Assembly (NCBI GenBank): GCA_947452675.1
Contig: CANGDL010000006.1
Span: 9,886-73,885 of the forward strand
Source: Microbacteriaceae bacterium
Lineage (GTDB): Bacteria; Actinomycetota; Actinomycetes; Actinomycetales; Microbacteriaceae
Direction: 5' to 3'
DNA: 64,000 nucleotides
Made by a program: the position numbers and the translations under genes
In this document: in pieces, positions 48,975 through 59,748 of the stretch
Numbering within the stretch: the first letter of the stretch is position 1
Layout: every line of letters starts with the position of its first letter
The notes under the pieces: generated by a model
Seen by the model: the letters and a program-made list of their open reading frames with translations, nothing else
What the model was told of the DNA's origin: nothing
The model's database searches: none

Positions 48975-50882
48975 GTGAAGTCAAAATTCGGTAAATGGAT
49001 TTTGAACACCGGAGCAGATGGTGGTGAACACCAAACCACCCACTGGTTCCGGGTCATGTGCCTAACCGGCGTTGATTATTTCTCAACCCTCGGTTATCAG
49101 CCTGCAATTGCCGCCTTGGCCGCAGGCCTCTTATCGCCAATGGCAACGATCATCCTGGTTCTCTTGACGCTGTTTGGTGCGCTGCCGGTTTACCGTCGCG
49201 TGGCAAGCGAGAGCTATCGCGGCGAAGGGTCAATTGCTCTTCTCGAAAGGCTCTTGCCTTGGTGGACGGGCAAACTATTGGTGCTCGTGCTCCTCGGGTT
49301 TGCCGCAACCGACTTCATCATCACAATCACCCTTTCGGCCGCTGACGCAAGTGCCCACTTCATCCAGAACCCATTTGTCAACCAATACATGAGCAACGGC
49401 CAGGTGCCGGTAACACTCATCCTGGTCGCCGTGCTAGGCGCAGTCTTCTTGATGGGTTTCAAGGAGGCCATCGGAATTGCGGTTGCATTGGTAGTCGTTT
49501 ACCTCGGGCTGAACCTTGTTGTTATCGGGGCCGCAGCCGAGCGCGTTTTGGCACATGGGCCAACTCTGGTTGAAAACTGGTGGAGTGCACTGCTCACCGA
49601 ACACGGCAACCCGATCATGATGATTGCAATCGCCCTCATCGTCTTCCCAAAGCTCGCACTTGGTATGTCTGGTTTTGAAACCGGTGTCTCGGTCATGCCG
49701 CAGATCAAGGGTGACGCCTCGGATGCACACGACGGTTCAGCCGCTCCGCTTGGACGAATCCGTGGCACCAAAAAATTGCTAACAACGGCAGCTGTCACAA
49801 TGAGCATTTTCTTGATTAGCTCGAGCTTGGTGACAACACTGCTAATTCCTCAGTCCGAGTTTCAGCCGGGCGGCCAGGCCAATGGTCGCGCCCTTGCTTT
49901 CATTGCCCACGAATACCTTGGCGGTGCTTTTGGAACGGCCTATGACATTTCGACGATTCTGATTCTTTGGTTTGCCGGTGCGTCTGCCATGGCGGGTTTG
50001 CTCAACTTGGTTCCACGCTACTTGCCTCGCTATGGAATGGCGCCGGCCTGGGCTGCCATGACGCGTCCGCTGGTAATCGTCTTCACCTTAATCGCTTTTG
50101 CCATCACGCTGATTTTCGACGCAAACGTCGATGCTCAGGGTGGCGCCTATGCGACCGGTGTTTTGGTCTTGATGGCCTCGGCTTCCCTTGCGGCAACGCT
50201 TTCGGCGAGGCGCAAGAAGCAGCGTTTAGCGGTTTTCGGCTTTGCGTTGGTAACGGTGATTTTTGTTTACACCACGATCGCGAATGTCATCGAGCGTCCA
50301 GACGGTGTTCGAATTGCGAGCTTCTTCATCATCGCAATCCTGGTTATTTCAATCACGTCACGTGTTCAGCGTTCTTTCCAGCTTCGTGCTCGTTCGGTTC
50401 GTTTCGACGATGCCGCATACGACATGTTGAAGATCGATCAAGCCTTCCAAGGTCAGGTAATGCTCATCGCACATGAGAACCATGGCGGAGCCGAGGAGGA
50501 GTACAACAAGAAGGCGAAGGCCGAGCGTAAGTGGGGGCGCATCCCAGCCGGAATGTCGACCATCTTCCTCGAGGTGAACGTTGTCGACTCATCAGATTTT
50601 GAAGAAGACCTCTTGGTGACAGGTGTGAACCAGTATGGCTACCGCATTCTTCGAGTCGAATCGAGTTCGATACCCAACGCAATCGCAGCCGTGATGCTGG
50701 CTATCCGCGATGAAATAGGTGTTGTGCCAGAAATATACTTCCGCTGGTCAGAGGGAAACCCGGTCTCAAACATGGCCAAGTTCCTCATCACCGGTCGTGG
50801 CGAAATCGCGACCGTTGCCCGTGAAGTGCTTCGTGAAAGCGAGCCAAAAAAGGCAAACCGCCCACGCGTTCACGTTAGCTAA
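48975..50882 (+). CDS. APC-superfamily transporter ([17 protein letters not shown] clade)
   Basis: About 12 TM, FPKLALG.SGFETGV, C-terminal soluble domain ending RP.VHV. Confidence 0.85.
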   Translation: MKSKFGKWILNTGADGGEHQTTHWFRVMCLTGVDYFSTLGYQPAIAALAAGLLSPMATIILVLLTLFGALPVYRRVASESYRGEGSIALLERLLPWWTGKLLVLVLLGFAATDFIITITLSAADASAHFIQNPFVNQYMSNGQVPVTLILVAVLGAVFLMGFKEAIGIAVALVVVYLGLNLVVIGAAAERVLAHGPTLVENWWSALLTEHGNPIMMIAIALIVFPKLALGMSGFETGVSVMPQIKGDASDAHDGSAAPLGRIRGTKKLLTTAAVTMSIFLISSSLVTTLLIPQSEFQPGGQANGRALAFIAHEYLGGAFGTAYDISTILILWFAGASAMAGLLNLVPRYLPRYGMAPAWAAMTRPLVIVFTLIAFAITLIFDANVDAQGGAYATGVLVLMASASLAATLSARRKKQRLAVFGFALVTVIFVYTTIANVIERPDGVRIASFFIIAILVISITSRVQRSFQLRARSVRFDDAAYDMLKIDQAFQGQVMLIAHENHGGAEEEYNKKAKAERKWGRIPAGMSTIFLEVNVVDSSDFEEDLLVTGVNQYGYRILRVESSSIPNAIAAVMLAIRDEIGVVPEIYFRWSEGNPVSNMAKFLITGRGEIATVAREVLRESEPKKANRPRVHVS

Positions 50883-50890
50883 CGAAGCGG

Positions 50891-50936
50891 CTTAAAGAAA
50901 AGGACCCCACCATTCGGTGAGGTCCTTTTCTTTAAG
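50891..50936. terminator. Bidirectional terminator
   Basis: CTTAAAGAAAAGGACC..GGTCCTTTTCTTTAAG 16-bp arms between convergent genes. Confidence 0.9.
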
Positions 50937-50938
50937 TT

Positions 50939-51469
50939 TTACTTGCAGGTGCAGTTTTCGCAGCAAGCCTTGGCGTTCGCGCCATCACCCTCGGTGTTAT
51001 AGCGAATGATTGCTTCCTGGATTAGACGCTCGGCCACATCCTTGCCCTGCCACTCGCCAACCTTTACCCACTTGCCTGGCTCGAGGTCCTTGTAGTGAGA
51101 GAAGAAGTGAAGAATCTCATTCTTGGTTTGCTCCGGGACGTCATTGATGTCCTGGATGTGCGCCCAGCGTGGGTCTTTGGTCTGCACGCAGATGACCTTC
51201 TCGTCGATGCCACCGTCATCCTCCATAGGCAGAACGCCGACTGGACGAACGTCAACAACCACTCCAGGGAAGATAGGGAACTCAAGAAGCACAAGTGCAT
51301 CTAGCGGGTCGCCGTCGCCACCAAGGGTCTTGTCGAAATAGCCGTAGTCCACCGGGTAGACAAATGGGGTGAATAGAACACGGTCTAGGTGAACTCGACC
51401 AGTTACGTGATCTACTTCAAACTTGTTGCGACTTCCGCGAGGAATCTCGATTACTGCTTCGTAACCCAT
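50939..51469 (-). CDS. ppa: Family I inorganic pyrophosphatase
   Basis: IEIP.GSRNK.E, YP.DYG, DGDPLD, FF.HYKDLEPGK. Confidence 0.96.
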   Translation of the reverse strand: MGYEAVIEIPRGSRNKFEVDHVTGRVHLDRVLFTPFVYPVDYGYFDKTLGGDGDPLDALVLLEFPIFPGVVVDVRPVGVLPMEDDGGIDEKVICVQTKDPRWAHIQDINDVPEQTKNEILHFFSHYKDLEPGKWVKVGEWQGKDVAERLIQEAIIRYNTEGDGANAKACCENCTCK

Positions 51470-51527
51470 GGTTCTCCTAAATAGGCTTGTGGGGAGGAAA
51501 AAAATCTCTAGCTCAAGATTACCGAAT

Positions 51528-51558
51528 AGCGCAGTGAATGCTAAAAGCGCAGTGAATG
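51528..51558. repeat. Perfect 13-bp direct repeat AGCGCAGTGAATG
   Basis: Copies at 51528-51540 and 51546-51558 in the ppa/tilS divergent gap. Confidence 0.75.
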
Positions 51559-51574
51559 ACGAAAGGAGCCGAAC

Positions 51575-52585
51575 GTGACGAATCGCCCACGCTTGACTCC
51601 GGCCATTGCTGATGTTCGCCGCGCAGTTCGCGAAAGTTGGGAGGCCTCCGGCATCGTTGCTGGCGACGCCGTCTTAGTTGCCTGCTCCGGTGGGCCAGAT
51701 AGCCTGGCGCTCGCCGCGGCGGTTGCTTTCGAAGCGCCGCGAGCGGGAATTTCCGCAGGTGCCGTCATTGTCGAACATGGCATCCAAGAAGTTACCAAAG
51801 AGGTCGCATCCCGCACGGCCCAACTTCTGAGCTCACTAGGGCTTGACCCGGTTGAGGTTGCGCATGTCTCGGTTGGTTCGGTCGGCGGCCCTGAATCTGC
51901 CGCTCGTACCGCGCGCTATGCTGCCTTGGATGAGGCTGCTGCCGCTTTGGACGCGAAGGCAATCATGCTTGGCCACACGCTCGACGATCAGGCAGAAACT
52001 GTGATGCTCGGGTTGGCTCGCGGTTCTGGGCCAAGAGCACTCAACGGAATGGCCAGCCACTCGGGGCGCTACCTTCGGCCACTTCTCGGTCTCCATCGCC
52101 AAGTCACGCATGCCTTTTGTGAGGATTCCGAGCTCTCACCCTGGATCGACCCGCAAAATTCTCAGGAGCGGTTCGCGAGAGTCCGGGTTCGTCAAGCCGT
52201 GCTCCCAATGCTCGAAATCGAGCTCGGCCCCGGCATCGCAGATTCGCTCGCCCGAACCGCAGAGCTCATTCGTGAAGATTCTGAATACCTTGATGAATTG
52301 GCGCTGGCCGCTTACGAAATGGTCGTGACCGCTGGTCCAACATCCTTGACTTTGGAACTGATGGAGCTTGAGGCTCTTGCAAGGCCGATTCGAAATCGTG
52401 TAATTCTGCGCGCTCTAGAGGTTTTTGGTGAGACTTATGGTCGAGTTCACGTGCTGGCGGTGGCAGATCTGGTCGAGAACTGGCACGGGCAGAAAGAACT
52501 CACTCTGCCAGGGGTTAGAGTTGTACGCACGGGTTCGCAAATAACCCTAAAAACCTCCAAAACCCTCAAATCAGGAGCCTGCTAA
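51575..52585 (+). CDS. tilS: tRNA(Ile)-lysidine synthetase
   Basis: ACSGGPDS PP-loop, E.AAR.ARY, GHTLDDQAET, RPLL. Confidence 0.95.
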   Translation: MTNRPRLTPAIADVRRAVRESWEASGIVAGDAVLVACSGGPDSLALAAAVAFEAPRAGISAGAVIVEHGIQEVTKEVASRTAQLLSSLGLDPVEVAHVSVGSVGGPESAARTARYAALDEAAAALDAKAIMLGHTLDDQAETVMLGLARGSGPRALNGMASHSGRYLRPLLGLHRQVTHAFCEDSELSPWIDPQNSQERFARVRVRQAVLPMLEIELGPGIADSLARTAELIREDSEYLDELALAAYEMVVTAGPTSLTLELMELEALARPIRNRVILRALEVFGETYGRVHVLAVADLVENWHGQKELTLPGVRVVRTGSQITLKTSKTLKSGAC

Positions 52586-53137
52586 TTGGATCTGTCAAAG
52601 GTAAGCGACAAAATCACCAAGGTGCTAGTCACCGAAGAACAGATTGACGCGAAGGTTGCCGAGCTTGCTGCTCAAATCGACATTCAGTACGCGGGCAAGG
52701 ATGTGCTGCTAGTCGGCGTTCTAAAGGGTGCCGTCATGTTCATGGCCGACCTGTCGCGTGCGATTCAGATTCCGGTTCAGATGGATTGGATGGCAGTCTC
52801 TTCATACGGTTCGGGCACCGTTTCATCAGGTGTGGTTCGAATTCTTAAAGACTTAGATGCCGATGTTCTCGGTCGCCACGTAATCATTGTCGAAGACATC
52901 ATCGACTCGGGTTTGACGCTTTCATGGTTGGCTTCGAACCTAGAGGCTCGCGGAGCCGCTTCAGTTGAGATCGTCGCATTCTTGCGCAAGCCGGACGCCG
53001 CCAAGGTCGACGTAAAGGTCGCAATGGTTGGTTTCGACATTCCAAACGAGTTCGTGGTAGGTTATGGCCTCGACTATGCCGAAGATTACCGCACGCTAAA
53101 GGGCGTTGCTGTGCTCGCCCCTTCGGTTTATAACTAA
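52586..53137 (+). CDS. hpt: Hypoxanthine phosphoribosyltransferase
   Basis: GVLKGA, VSSYG, IVEDIIDSGLTL, FVVGYGLDY. Confidence 0.97.
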   Translation: MDLSKVSDKITKVLVTEEQIDAKVAELAAQIDIQYAGKDVLLVGVLKGAVMFMADLSRAIQIPVQMDWMAVSSYGSGTVSSGVVRILKDLDADVLGRHVIIVEDIIDSGLTLSWLASNLEARGAASVEIVAFLRKPDAAKVDVKVAMVGFDIPNEFVVGYGLDYAEDYRTLKGVAVLAPSVYN

Positions 53138-53192
53138 TCGCCTACAGAGAACAGCAGTATTAGTTGTCGCAGGCATTCGATAGCCTTAAGCG

Positions 53193-55241
53193 GTGAACTT
53201 GAAAAAAATTCTTAGTGGTCCATTCGTTTGGATTTTCGTTGCTGTCGCCGTCCTACTGATTGGCTCGTCGCTTGTGAGCGGCACCGGTTTTAAACAGGTC
53301 GACACCCAGGTCGGTCTCTCCCTTATCGCCGATGGCAAGGCCGACACCGTCAAGGTGCTCGACGGTGACCAACGCGTAGACGTAGTCCTCACCAATGAAG
53401 ATGCCAAATATGGCAAGAAGATTCAGTTCTACTATGTGGCCGCCCGCGGCACCCAAGTGGTGGATACAATCGCCAACGCCCCAATTGCGAATGGCTATAA
53501 CGATGAGGTGCCAAACACGCCTTGGTATCTAGCTTTGCTAGGCAGCCTGATCCCGTTCATCATCATCGGTGGAATCTTCTGGTTCTTGATGTCTGGCATG
53601 CAGGGTGGCAACAGCAAGGTCATGAACTTTGGTAAGTCACGCGCGAAGCTCGTGAACAAAGACACCCCTAAGGTCACTTTTGCCGACGTTGCAGGAGTCG
53701 ATGAGGCAATCGAAGAGCTTGAAGAAATCAAGGACTTCCTCAAGTCACCGGAGAAGTTCCAGGCCGTTGGCGCCAAGATTCCTCGCGGCGTCTTGCTCTA
53801 TGGCCCTCCGGGAACCGGTAAGACCTTGGTTGCAAAGGCCGTTGCAGGCGAAGCCGGTGTTCCGTTCTTCACCATCTCGGGCTCGGATTTCGTCGAAATG
53901 TTCGTGGGTGTCGGTGCCTCACGTGTTCGCGATCTATTTGACCAGGCCAAGCAGAGCGCCCCAGCAATCATCTTTGTGGACGAAATTGATGCAGTTGGTC
54001 GCCACCGCGGCGCTGGCATCGGTGGCGGCAACGACGAGCGTGAGCAGACTCTGAACCAGCTTTTGGTTGAAATGGATGGCTTTGACTCAAAGACCAACAT
54101 CATTCTCATCGCGGCGACCAACCGCCCTGACATCCTTGACCCCGCATTGCTTCGCCCTGGTCGTTTTGACCGACAGATCGGTGTTGGTGCGCCAGACCTA
54201 ATTGGTCGCGAGCAGATCCTCAAGGTTCACGCAAAGGGCAAGCCGATGGCAGCCGATGTCGACCTTGCTCTCGTTGCTCGTCGCACCCCAGGCTTTACTG
54301 GTGCCGATCTGGCTAACGTTTTGAACGAGGCAGCGCTGCTTACCGCTCGTCAGGGCGAGAAGCACATCACCGCCGCAACAATCGATGAATCGATTGACCG
54401 CGTCATCGGCGGGCCGCAGAAAAAGTCTCGACTCATGCAAGACAAAGAGCGTCTCAACACCGCTTATCACGAAGCTGGTCACGCCTTGGTAGCTGCTTCG
54501 ATGAACGACAGCGACCCAGTGACCAAGGTGACAATTCTTCCCCGTGGTCGCGCCCTGGGCTACACCATGGTGCTGCCTCTCGAAGATCGCTACTCGGTTT
54601 CTCGAAACCAGTTGCTCGACCAAATTGCTTATGCGATGGGCGGCCGCGTTGCCGAAGAAATCGTCTTCCACGACCCAACTACTGGTGCATCGAACGACTT
54701 TGAGAAGGCAACCGCTACAGCTCGACAGATGGTTACTCAGTATGGCTTTAGCTCAACCCTCGGCGCCGTCAGCTTCGGTGGTGGTGGTGAGGTCTTCATC
54801 GGCCGTGACATGGCTCAGGCTCGTGAATACTCGGAGGTCACCGCTCAGCAGATTGATGCAGAGGTTCGTGCGATTCTCGAGGGCGCTCACAACGAGGCCT
54901 ATAAGGCTATCAACCAGAACCGAGCAGTTCTAGATGCGATGGCGAAGGAGCTGATGGAGAAGGAAACCCTGAACCCGGATGACATCGCTCGCATCTTCAA
55001 GGCAGTCAAGAAGCTTCCAAGGCGTGCCCAGTGGTTGTCTAGCAAGTCCCGCCCGGTTTCAAAGATTGCGCCAATCGCCATCCCGGTGAAGGGTTCATCT
55101 GCCGCCAAGGTTTCTGCTCGAAAGTCAGCTGCCACCAAGGCTGCGACTGCAGCAAAGCCTGTGACAAAGAAGGCTGCGGCTAAACCAGCCACGGCCAAAA
55201 AACCGGCAGCGAAGAGTCCAACCCCAAAGGACAAGGCTTAG
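53193..55241 (+). CDS. ftsH: ATP-dependent zinc metalloprotease FtsH
   Basis: 2 [44 protein letters not shown]. Confidence 0.98.
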   Translation: MNLKKILSGPFVWIFVAVAVLLIGSSLVSGTGFKQVDTQVGLSLIADGKADTVKVLDGDQRVDVVLTNEDAKYGKKIQFYYVAARGTQVVDTIANAPIANGYNDEVPNTPWYLALLGSLIPFIIIGGIFWFLMSGMQGGNSKVMNFGKSRAKLVNKDTPKVTFADVAGVDEAIEELEEIKDFLKSPEKFQAVGAKIPRGVLLYGPPGTGKTLVAKAVAGEAGVPFFTISGSDFVEMFVGVGASRVRDLFDQAKQSAPAIIFVDEIDAVGRHRGAGIGGGNDEREQTLNQLLVEMDGFDSKTNIILIAATNRPDILDPALLRPGRFDRQIGVGAPDLIGREQILKVHAKGKPMAADVDLALVARRTPGFTGADLANVLNEAALLTARQGEKHITAATIDESIDRVIGGPQKKSRLMQDKERLNTAYHEAGHALVAASMNDSDPVTKVTILPRGRALGYTMVLPLEDRYSVSRNQLLDQIAYAMGGRVAEEIVFHDPTTGASNDFEKATATARQMVTQYGFSSTLGAVSFGGGGEVFIGRDMAQAREYSEVTAQQIDAEVRAILEGAHNEAYKAINQNRAVLDAMAKELMEKETLNPDDIARIFKAVKKLPRRAQWLSSKSRPVSKIAPIAIPVKGSSAAKVSARKSAATKAATAAKPVTKKAAAKPATAKKPAAKSPTPKDKA

Positions 55242-55247
55242 TTTCAA

Positions 55248-55802
55248 GTGATTGACTCCGAACGCATCAAGGCGGCGGTTATCGAGCTCATCTCGGCAAT
55301 CGGCGAAGACCCTAATCGAAGTGAGCTTCAGGCCACCCCGACCAAGGTTGCCGAGGCATATTCGGAGTTTTTCAAGGGTGTTGGCCAGGATGCCACTTTG
55401 GCAATTGCAGACACCTTTCCGGCTGAGCACATTGAGGTTGTGATTCTCAAGGACATTGATTTCGTCTCAATCTGCGAACACCACTTGCTGCCCTTCACCG
55501 GCGTCGCGCACATTGCATATTTACCTAGCGATCGAGTTGTTGGCCTTGGTCGGTTGCCCAAGTTGGTCGAAATCATTGCCGCGCGTCCTCAGCTTCAAGA
55601 AAACCTAACCGCTCAGATAGCCGACGCGCTAGAAGTTGGCTTGGGCACTCAGGGGGTTGTCGTAGTCATAGAAGCGCGTCATCACTGCGTGGTTTCCCGT
55701 GGCGCTCGTCAACCCGAAGCCAATACGGTGACAATGGCCGCACGAGGAGTTTATTCAGAACCCATCGCCCGTGCAGAGGTCATGGGGCTGATTTCAAAGT
55801 GA
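55248..55802 (+). CDS. folE: GTP cyclohydrolase I
   Basis: GEDPNR..L..TP, SICEHHLLPF.G, RPQLQE.LT, H.C...RG. Confidence 0.95.
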   Translation: MIDSERIKAAVIELISAIGEDPNRSELQATPTKVAEAYSEFFKGVGQDATLAIADTFPAEHIEVVILKDIDFVSICEHHLLPFTGVAHIAYLPSDRVVGLGRLPKLVEIIAARPQLQENLTAQIADALEVGLGTQGVVVVIEARHHCVVSRGARQPEANTVTMAARGVYSEPIARAEVMGLISK

Positions 55803-56710
55803 GCGAAAGTCGCCCTGGTTCCAATCGACCAGACTTTCAGCGACCTTTGGTGATGGGGGTCCTCAACGTCACCCCAGATTCATTTAGCGATGGTGGCGAT
55901 TACGACTCAGTCGAATCGGCTCTCGACCACGCCCGCGTGTTGATCATCGGAGGCGCAAATGTTATCGACATCGGTGGTGAGTCAACTCGCCCGGGTGCAG
56001 CTAGAGTCGCCCCCGAGGTTGAGCTCTCAAGAGTAATCCCAGTAATAGATGCCCTGGTAGCTGAATTGGCCGCAACCAACCGACGTGACGTTCGCATCAG
56101 CATTGACACCATGAACGCAACCACTGCCTTAGCGGCAGTGTCTGCTGGCGCACAAATCATCAATGATGTCTCAGGCGGTTTGGCTGATCCAAAAATGTTT
56201 TCAGTTGCCGCCGCCACCGGTGCGGAAATTGTCATTTCTCATTGGCGCGGGTTCAGCGATGGCATGGATCAGTTGAACACATATCTCGACTTAGCTGCCG
56301 AGGTTGCCGCCGAGCTCAAGTTGCGCATCGACGCCGCTGTCTCGGCCGGAGTTTCCCGAAACAAAATCATTCTCGACCCGGGGCTCGGCTTCGCAAAAGA
56401 TATGGGCCAGAACTGGGAGCTGGTTGCCAGATTGGATGAGCTCGACAAACTCGGGCTTCCGGTTTTGGTAGGCGCATCTCGCAAACGATTCATTGCTGGG
56501 GCATTGGATGCTGAACTTGAGGCTGATGATGCAGCCACAGGCCAGATCAGCAACAATCGCCGCGACCTCGCAACGGCTGTGCTAACCGCACTGCTTTTGC
56601 AGCGCAAACTCTGGGGAGTCCGAGTGCATAACGTGGTTGCCACTAACGACGCAATTGCGATTGTCGAGACTTTGCGGTTTGCCGAAGACGGCAAGTCAGG
56701 GCAGAGTTAA
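55799..56710 (+). CDS. folP: Dihydropteroate synthase
   Basis: MGVLNVTPDSFSDGG, DIGGESTRPGA, DPGLGFAK, GASRKRF, RVHNV. Confidence 0.97.
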   Translation: MSESRPGSNRPDFQRPLVMGVLNVTPDSFSDGGDYDSVESALDHARVLIIGGANVIDIGGESTRPGAARVAPEVELSRVIPVIDALVAELAATNRRDVRISIDTMNATTALAAVSAGAQIINDVSGGLADPKMFSVAAATGAEIVISHWRGFSDGMDQLNTYLDLAAEVAAELKLRIDAAVSAGVSRNKIILDPGLGFAKDMGQNWELVARLDELDKLGLPVLVGASRKRFIAGALDAELEADDAATGQISNNRRDLATAVLTALLLQRKLWGVRVHNVVATNDAIAIVETLRFAEDGKSGQS

Positions 56711-56713
56711 CTC

Positions 56714-57109
56714 ATGCGCGAGAAGCCACAACGACACAAAATCAAGCTGACCGGTTTGCGAGTATATGCCCACCACGGTGTTTTCGACTATGAACGTCAA
56801 AATGGCCAGGATTTTTACATTGACGCAACCGTATGGATTGATGGCGATGCGGCCGCATTTGGCGATGACCTTTCGAAGACCGTGCATTACGGTGACCTGG
56901 CTAAGGCCATAGTCGACAACGTAAAACATCAGCCTGTAGACCTGCTCGAGACCTTGGCTCAACGCCTACTCGACATGGTCATGAACTTTGGTGGCGGCCC
57001 CGCGGGTGGCCCGGTTATCAAAGCCGAAATCACCGTGCATAAGCCGAACGCGCCAATCATCTATGAGTTCGCGGACGTCTCTGTAACTGTTAAGGCCAAG
57101 CGTTCATGA
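56714..57109 (+). CDS. folB: Dihydroneopterin aldolase
   Basis: HHGV...ER..GQ.F.ID, TVHYG, LLETLA, VHKP.API. Confidence 0.95.
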   Translation: MREKPQRHKIKLTGLRVYAHHGVFDYERQNGQDFYIDATVWIDGDAAAFGDDLSKTVHYGDLAKAIVDNVKHQPVDLLETLAQRLLDMVMNFGGGPAGGPVIKAEITVHKPNAPIIYEFADVSVTVKAKRS

Positions 57110-57603
57110 GCGAGCCGGTCCGCGCGGTTCTGGCCATCGGCGGCAACCTCGGAAAACGGCGCAAGACCATTCGTTCCGGATTGAAGGCTCTTGCGGAAAC
57201 CAAAGGGATATCAAAGGTTGTCTGTTCGCCGCTCGTCGAATCTTCGGCTTGGACTGAAGAGGGCATCGATGTTTCGAAGCCGAACTACATGAACGGTGTG
57301 GTCGCCATCCTCACCACTTTGAAACCCAAAGATTTACTCACTGAAATTCGACGAATTGAAACCGAGCACGGGCGCATCCGACTTGAGCGTTGGGGTTCTC
57401 GCACCTTAGACATTGACATCATTACCTATGGTGATGTGCTCAAAGCCACGAAAGAACTGACGATTCCACACCCTCGCGCATTTGAACGCTCTTTTGTGCT
57501 TGTGCCATGGTCGCTTCTTGAACCCGACGCAATCTTGCCTGGATACGGAAGCGTGGCGGAGCTGGCGGAGCCATTAAAAGATCAGGTTTGGTTGGTCGAG
57601 TGA
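57106..57603 (+). CDS. folK: 6-hydroxymethyl-7,8-dihydropterin pyrophosphokinase
   Basis: AIGGNLG, IE..HGR.R..RWG.RTLDIDI, L.IPHPR..ER.FVL.P. Confidence 0.95.
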   Translation: MSEPVRAVLAIGGNLGKRRKTIRSGLKALAETKGISKVVCSPLVESSAWTEEGIDVSKPNYMNGVVAILTTLKPKDLLTEIRRIETEHGRIRLERWGSRTLDIDIITYGDVLKATKELTIPHPRAFERSFVLVPWSLLEPDAILPGYGSVAELAEPLKDQVWLVE

Positions 57604-58142
57604 AACCGACAAAGGTTCTGACTTTAATTGTCTGGGTGGTGCCAACAGCAACTGCCGGGTATCTCGTATCTCGTGTTACGACTTCTAACGGGGGTCAAGT
57701 TCCCGTCACGCCAATCAATTTAATTTTGACGTTGGTCGCCATCGCAATCATCCTTGCTGGCTTTGCGGTGCCAATGTTGCGCTATCGCCGCGAGTTGGCT
57801 GCGCAACTTAAAAACAGCGCTACGCCAAGACCTAAAAGACTCAACCCTTTCTATGCGGTTCGACTTCTGCTGCTTGCCAAAGCAACGGCAATCTCCGGTG
57901 CTCTCTTCGCCGGCTGGCACATCGGTGTCATTTGGATGCAGATTTCGTCTCCGGTGACCACGGCATCCATTTGGCAAAACGTAGGCGGGCTCGTTGCTTC
58001 GATCGTGATGGTGGTCGTTGCTTGGATTGTTGAGCGGATTTGTCGAATCAAAGATGACGGGGCTGAGCAAATCGACGCCCACATCGCTAAGGCGTCAACA
58101 CCGGGTCAAATTGCCGGCGCCGCCGAAAAGAGTAATCGATGA
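57600..58142 (+). CDS. DUF3180 family membrane protein
   Basis: 4 TM, NPFYA.R..LAKA, ER.C motif; standard position after folK. Confidence 0.8.
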   Translation: MKPTKVLTLIVWVVPTATAGYLVSRVTTSNGGQVPVTPINLILTLVAIAIILAGFAVPMLRYRRELAAQLKNSATPRPKRLNPFYAVRLLLLAKATAISGALFAGWHIGVIWMQISSPVTTASIWQNVGGLVASIVMVVVAWIVERICRIKDDGAEQIDAHIAKASTPGQIAGAAEKSNR

Positions 58143-58846
58143 ATCAGGGTCGTCTTTCGGTTGGAATCATAGGAGCTGGTCCGGTTGGCACAATCCTCGG
58201 CCAGGCCCTCGCGTCAGCTGGTCACTTCATAGTCGGCATTGCTACCACCGACCAGAAAAACATTGAGCGCGCTGAAACCCTGCTGCCCGACGTCCCCATC
58301 AAAACTTTGCCAGCGATTCTGGAGGAGGCCGACCTCGTTCTGCTTGCCATCCCAGCCGACCAGCTGGCTCCAACGGTGAACGGCATCGCACAGAACAGTA
58401 TGTGGCGGTCGGGCCAGCTCGTTGCGCACACGGCAGGCGAATTCGGTTACAACATCCTCGGGCCGGCGACGGCTCAGGGGGTAATCCCATTGGCGATACA
58501 TCCCGCTATGACATTCACTGGAACCAGCATCGATTTGGCTCGAATTCGCGAGAGTTATTTTGCAGTCGCAGCTCCTGTGGTCGCACTACCTATTGCTCAG
58601 GCTCTAGTGATTGAGATGGGTGCCGAGCCTCTGGTTATCAGCGAAGAAAATCGTTCCAAATATTTCGAGGCGGTCTCGGTTGCCAACGAATTTTCGGCGA
58701 TGGTGGTCAATCAAGCAATCGGTCTGCTCGAAGAAATTGGCATTGAGGATGCCCGTGGTGTGATTGCTCCCACAATCCGAAGCGCGGTCGAGCAGGCTCT
58801 TGCCAAGGGTCACCAGCCCTTAGACCCGGATGAGTTGCTGAGCTAG
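58139..58846 (+). CDS. Rossmann-like + DUF2520 protein (PanG-type ketopantoate reductase candidate)
   Basis: GIIGAGPVG, VAHT.G, LAIHPAMTFTGT; coupled to panC. Confidence 0.8.
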   Translation: MNQGRLSVGIIGAGPVGTILGQALASAGHFIVGIATTDQKNIERAETLLPDVPIKTLPAILEEADLVLLAIPADQLAPTVNGIAQNSMWRSGQLVAHTAGEFGYNILGPATAQGVIPLAIHPAMTFTGTSIDLARIRESYFAVAAPVVALPIAQALVIEMGAEPLVISEENRSKYFEAVSVANEFSAMVVNQAIGLLEEIGIEDARGVIAPTIRSAVEQALAKGHQPLDPDELLS

Positions 58847-59748
58847 TGAAAACCGTAATCACAGCCGCGGAACTGACTTCCGCCATTGATGAAGAACGCG
58901 ACCTGCCTGGATGTGCCGGGCTAAAAGTGGCTTTTGTTCCGACCATGGGGGCGCTGCACGATGGCCACCTTTCGCTTGTTCACCAGGCTCGCGAGTATGC
59001 CGACTTGGTGGTCGTATCAATATTCGTAAACCCGCTTCAGTTTGGGGCAGGGGAAGATTTTGACAAATATCCTCGCACTCTTGAGGCGGATGCGGCTGTG
59101 CTTGCTGCCGCCGGAGCCGACCTACTCTTCGCACCGACCGTCGATGTGGTCTATCCAGATGGTGTCGAGGCGGCAAACCTCGCAGCCGCCAACCGGCCGG
59201 CTTTGCGGTCCGGCGCAGTTGGCAAAGCATTTGAGGGAGCCGCTCGCCCGGGGCACTTTGATGGAATGCTCGCCGTGGTTGCACGACTTTTTGAACTCGT
59301 GAATCCCGACTTTGCTGTCTTTGGGGCTAAAGACGCCCAGCAACTTTTCTTGATCAAACGAATGTCCGCCACCAAATTTCCTGATCTTCACATCATCGAA
59401 GCCCCTATCGTCCGCGAGCCAAGCGGCCTTGCTATGTCTAGCCGCAACCGCTACCTCGATTCCACTTCACTCGATGTTGCCGGGCAGCTGTCGAAGGCGC
59501 TCCAGGTTGGCAAGGCTGCCGCCGAAACCCTCGGGGCGAAGCCATCCTTGGCGGTCAATGCCGCGCGAGCCCGCCTCGAAGGCGTGCCTGAGGCTAAACT
59601 TGATTACCTAGCCCTGGTTGACCCGAGAAGTTTTGAACCAATCGAAGACACTTTCACCGGCCGGGCATTGATGCTGATCGCCGCGGTGGTTGGCAACACA
59701 AGACTTATCGACAACCTCACCATCGATTTTCAGGAGCCATTCGCATGA
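58846..59748 (+). CDS. panC: Pantoate--beta-alanine ligase
   Basis: [41 protein letters not shown]. Confidence 0.97.
   Translation: MKTVITAAELTSAIDEERDLPGCAGLKVAFVPTMGALHDGHLSLVHQAREYADLVVVSIFVNPLQFGAGEDFDKYPRTLEADAAVLAAAGADLLFAPTVDVVYPDGVEAANLAAANRPALRSGAVGKAFEGAARPGHFDGMLAVVARLFELVNPDFAVFGAKDAQQLFLIKRMSATKFPDLHIIEAPIVREPSGLAMSSRNRYLDSTSLDVAGQLSKALQVGKAAAETLGAKPSLAVNAARARLEGVPEAKLDYLALVDPRSFEPIEDTFTGRALMLIAAVVGNTRLIDNLTIDFQEPFA

Noticed and set aside
48850-48975. CTCTCAGG (glycine-riboswitch-like end) and a weak GTAAG/CGTAG repeat upstream of the APC transporter
   Set aside because: No GGAGA/CCGAAG aptamer core or tandem aptamer; the repeat is too degenerate to call a KdpE box
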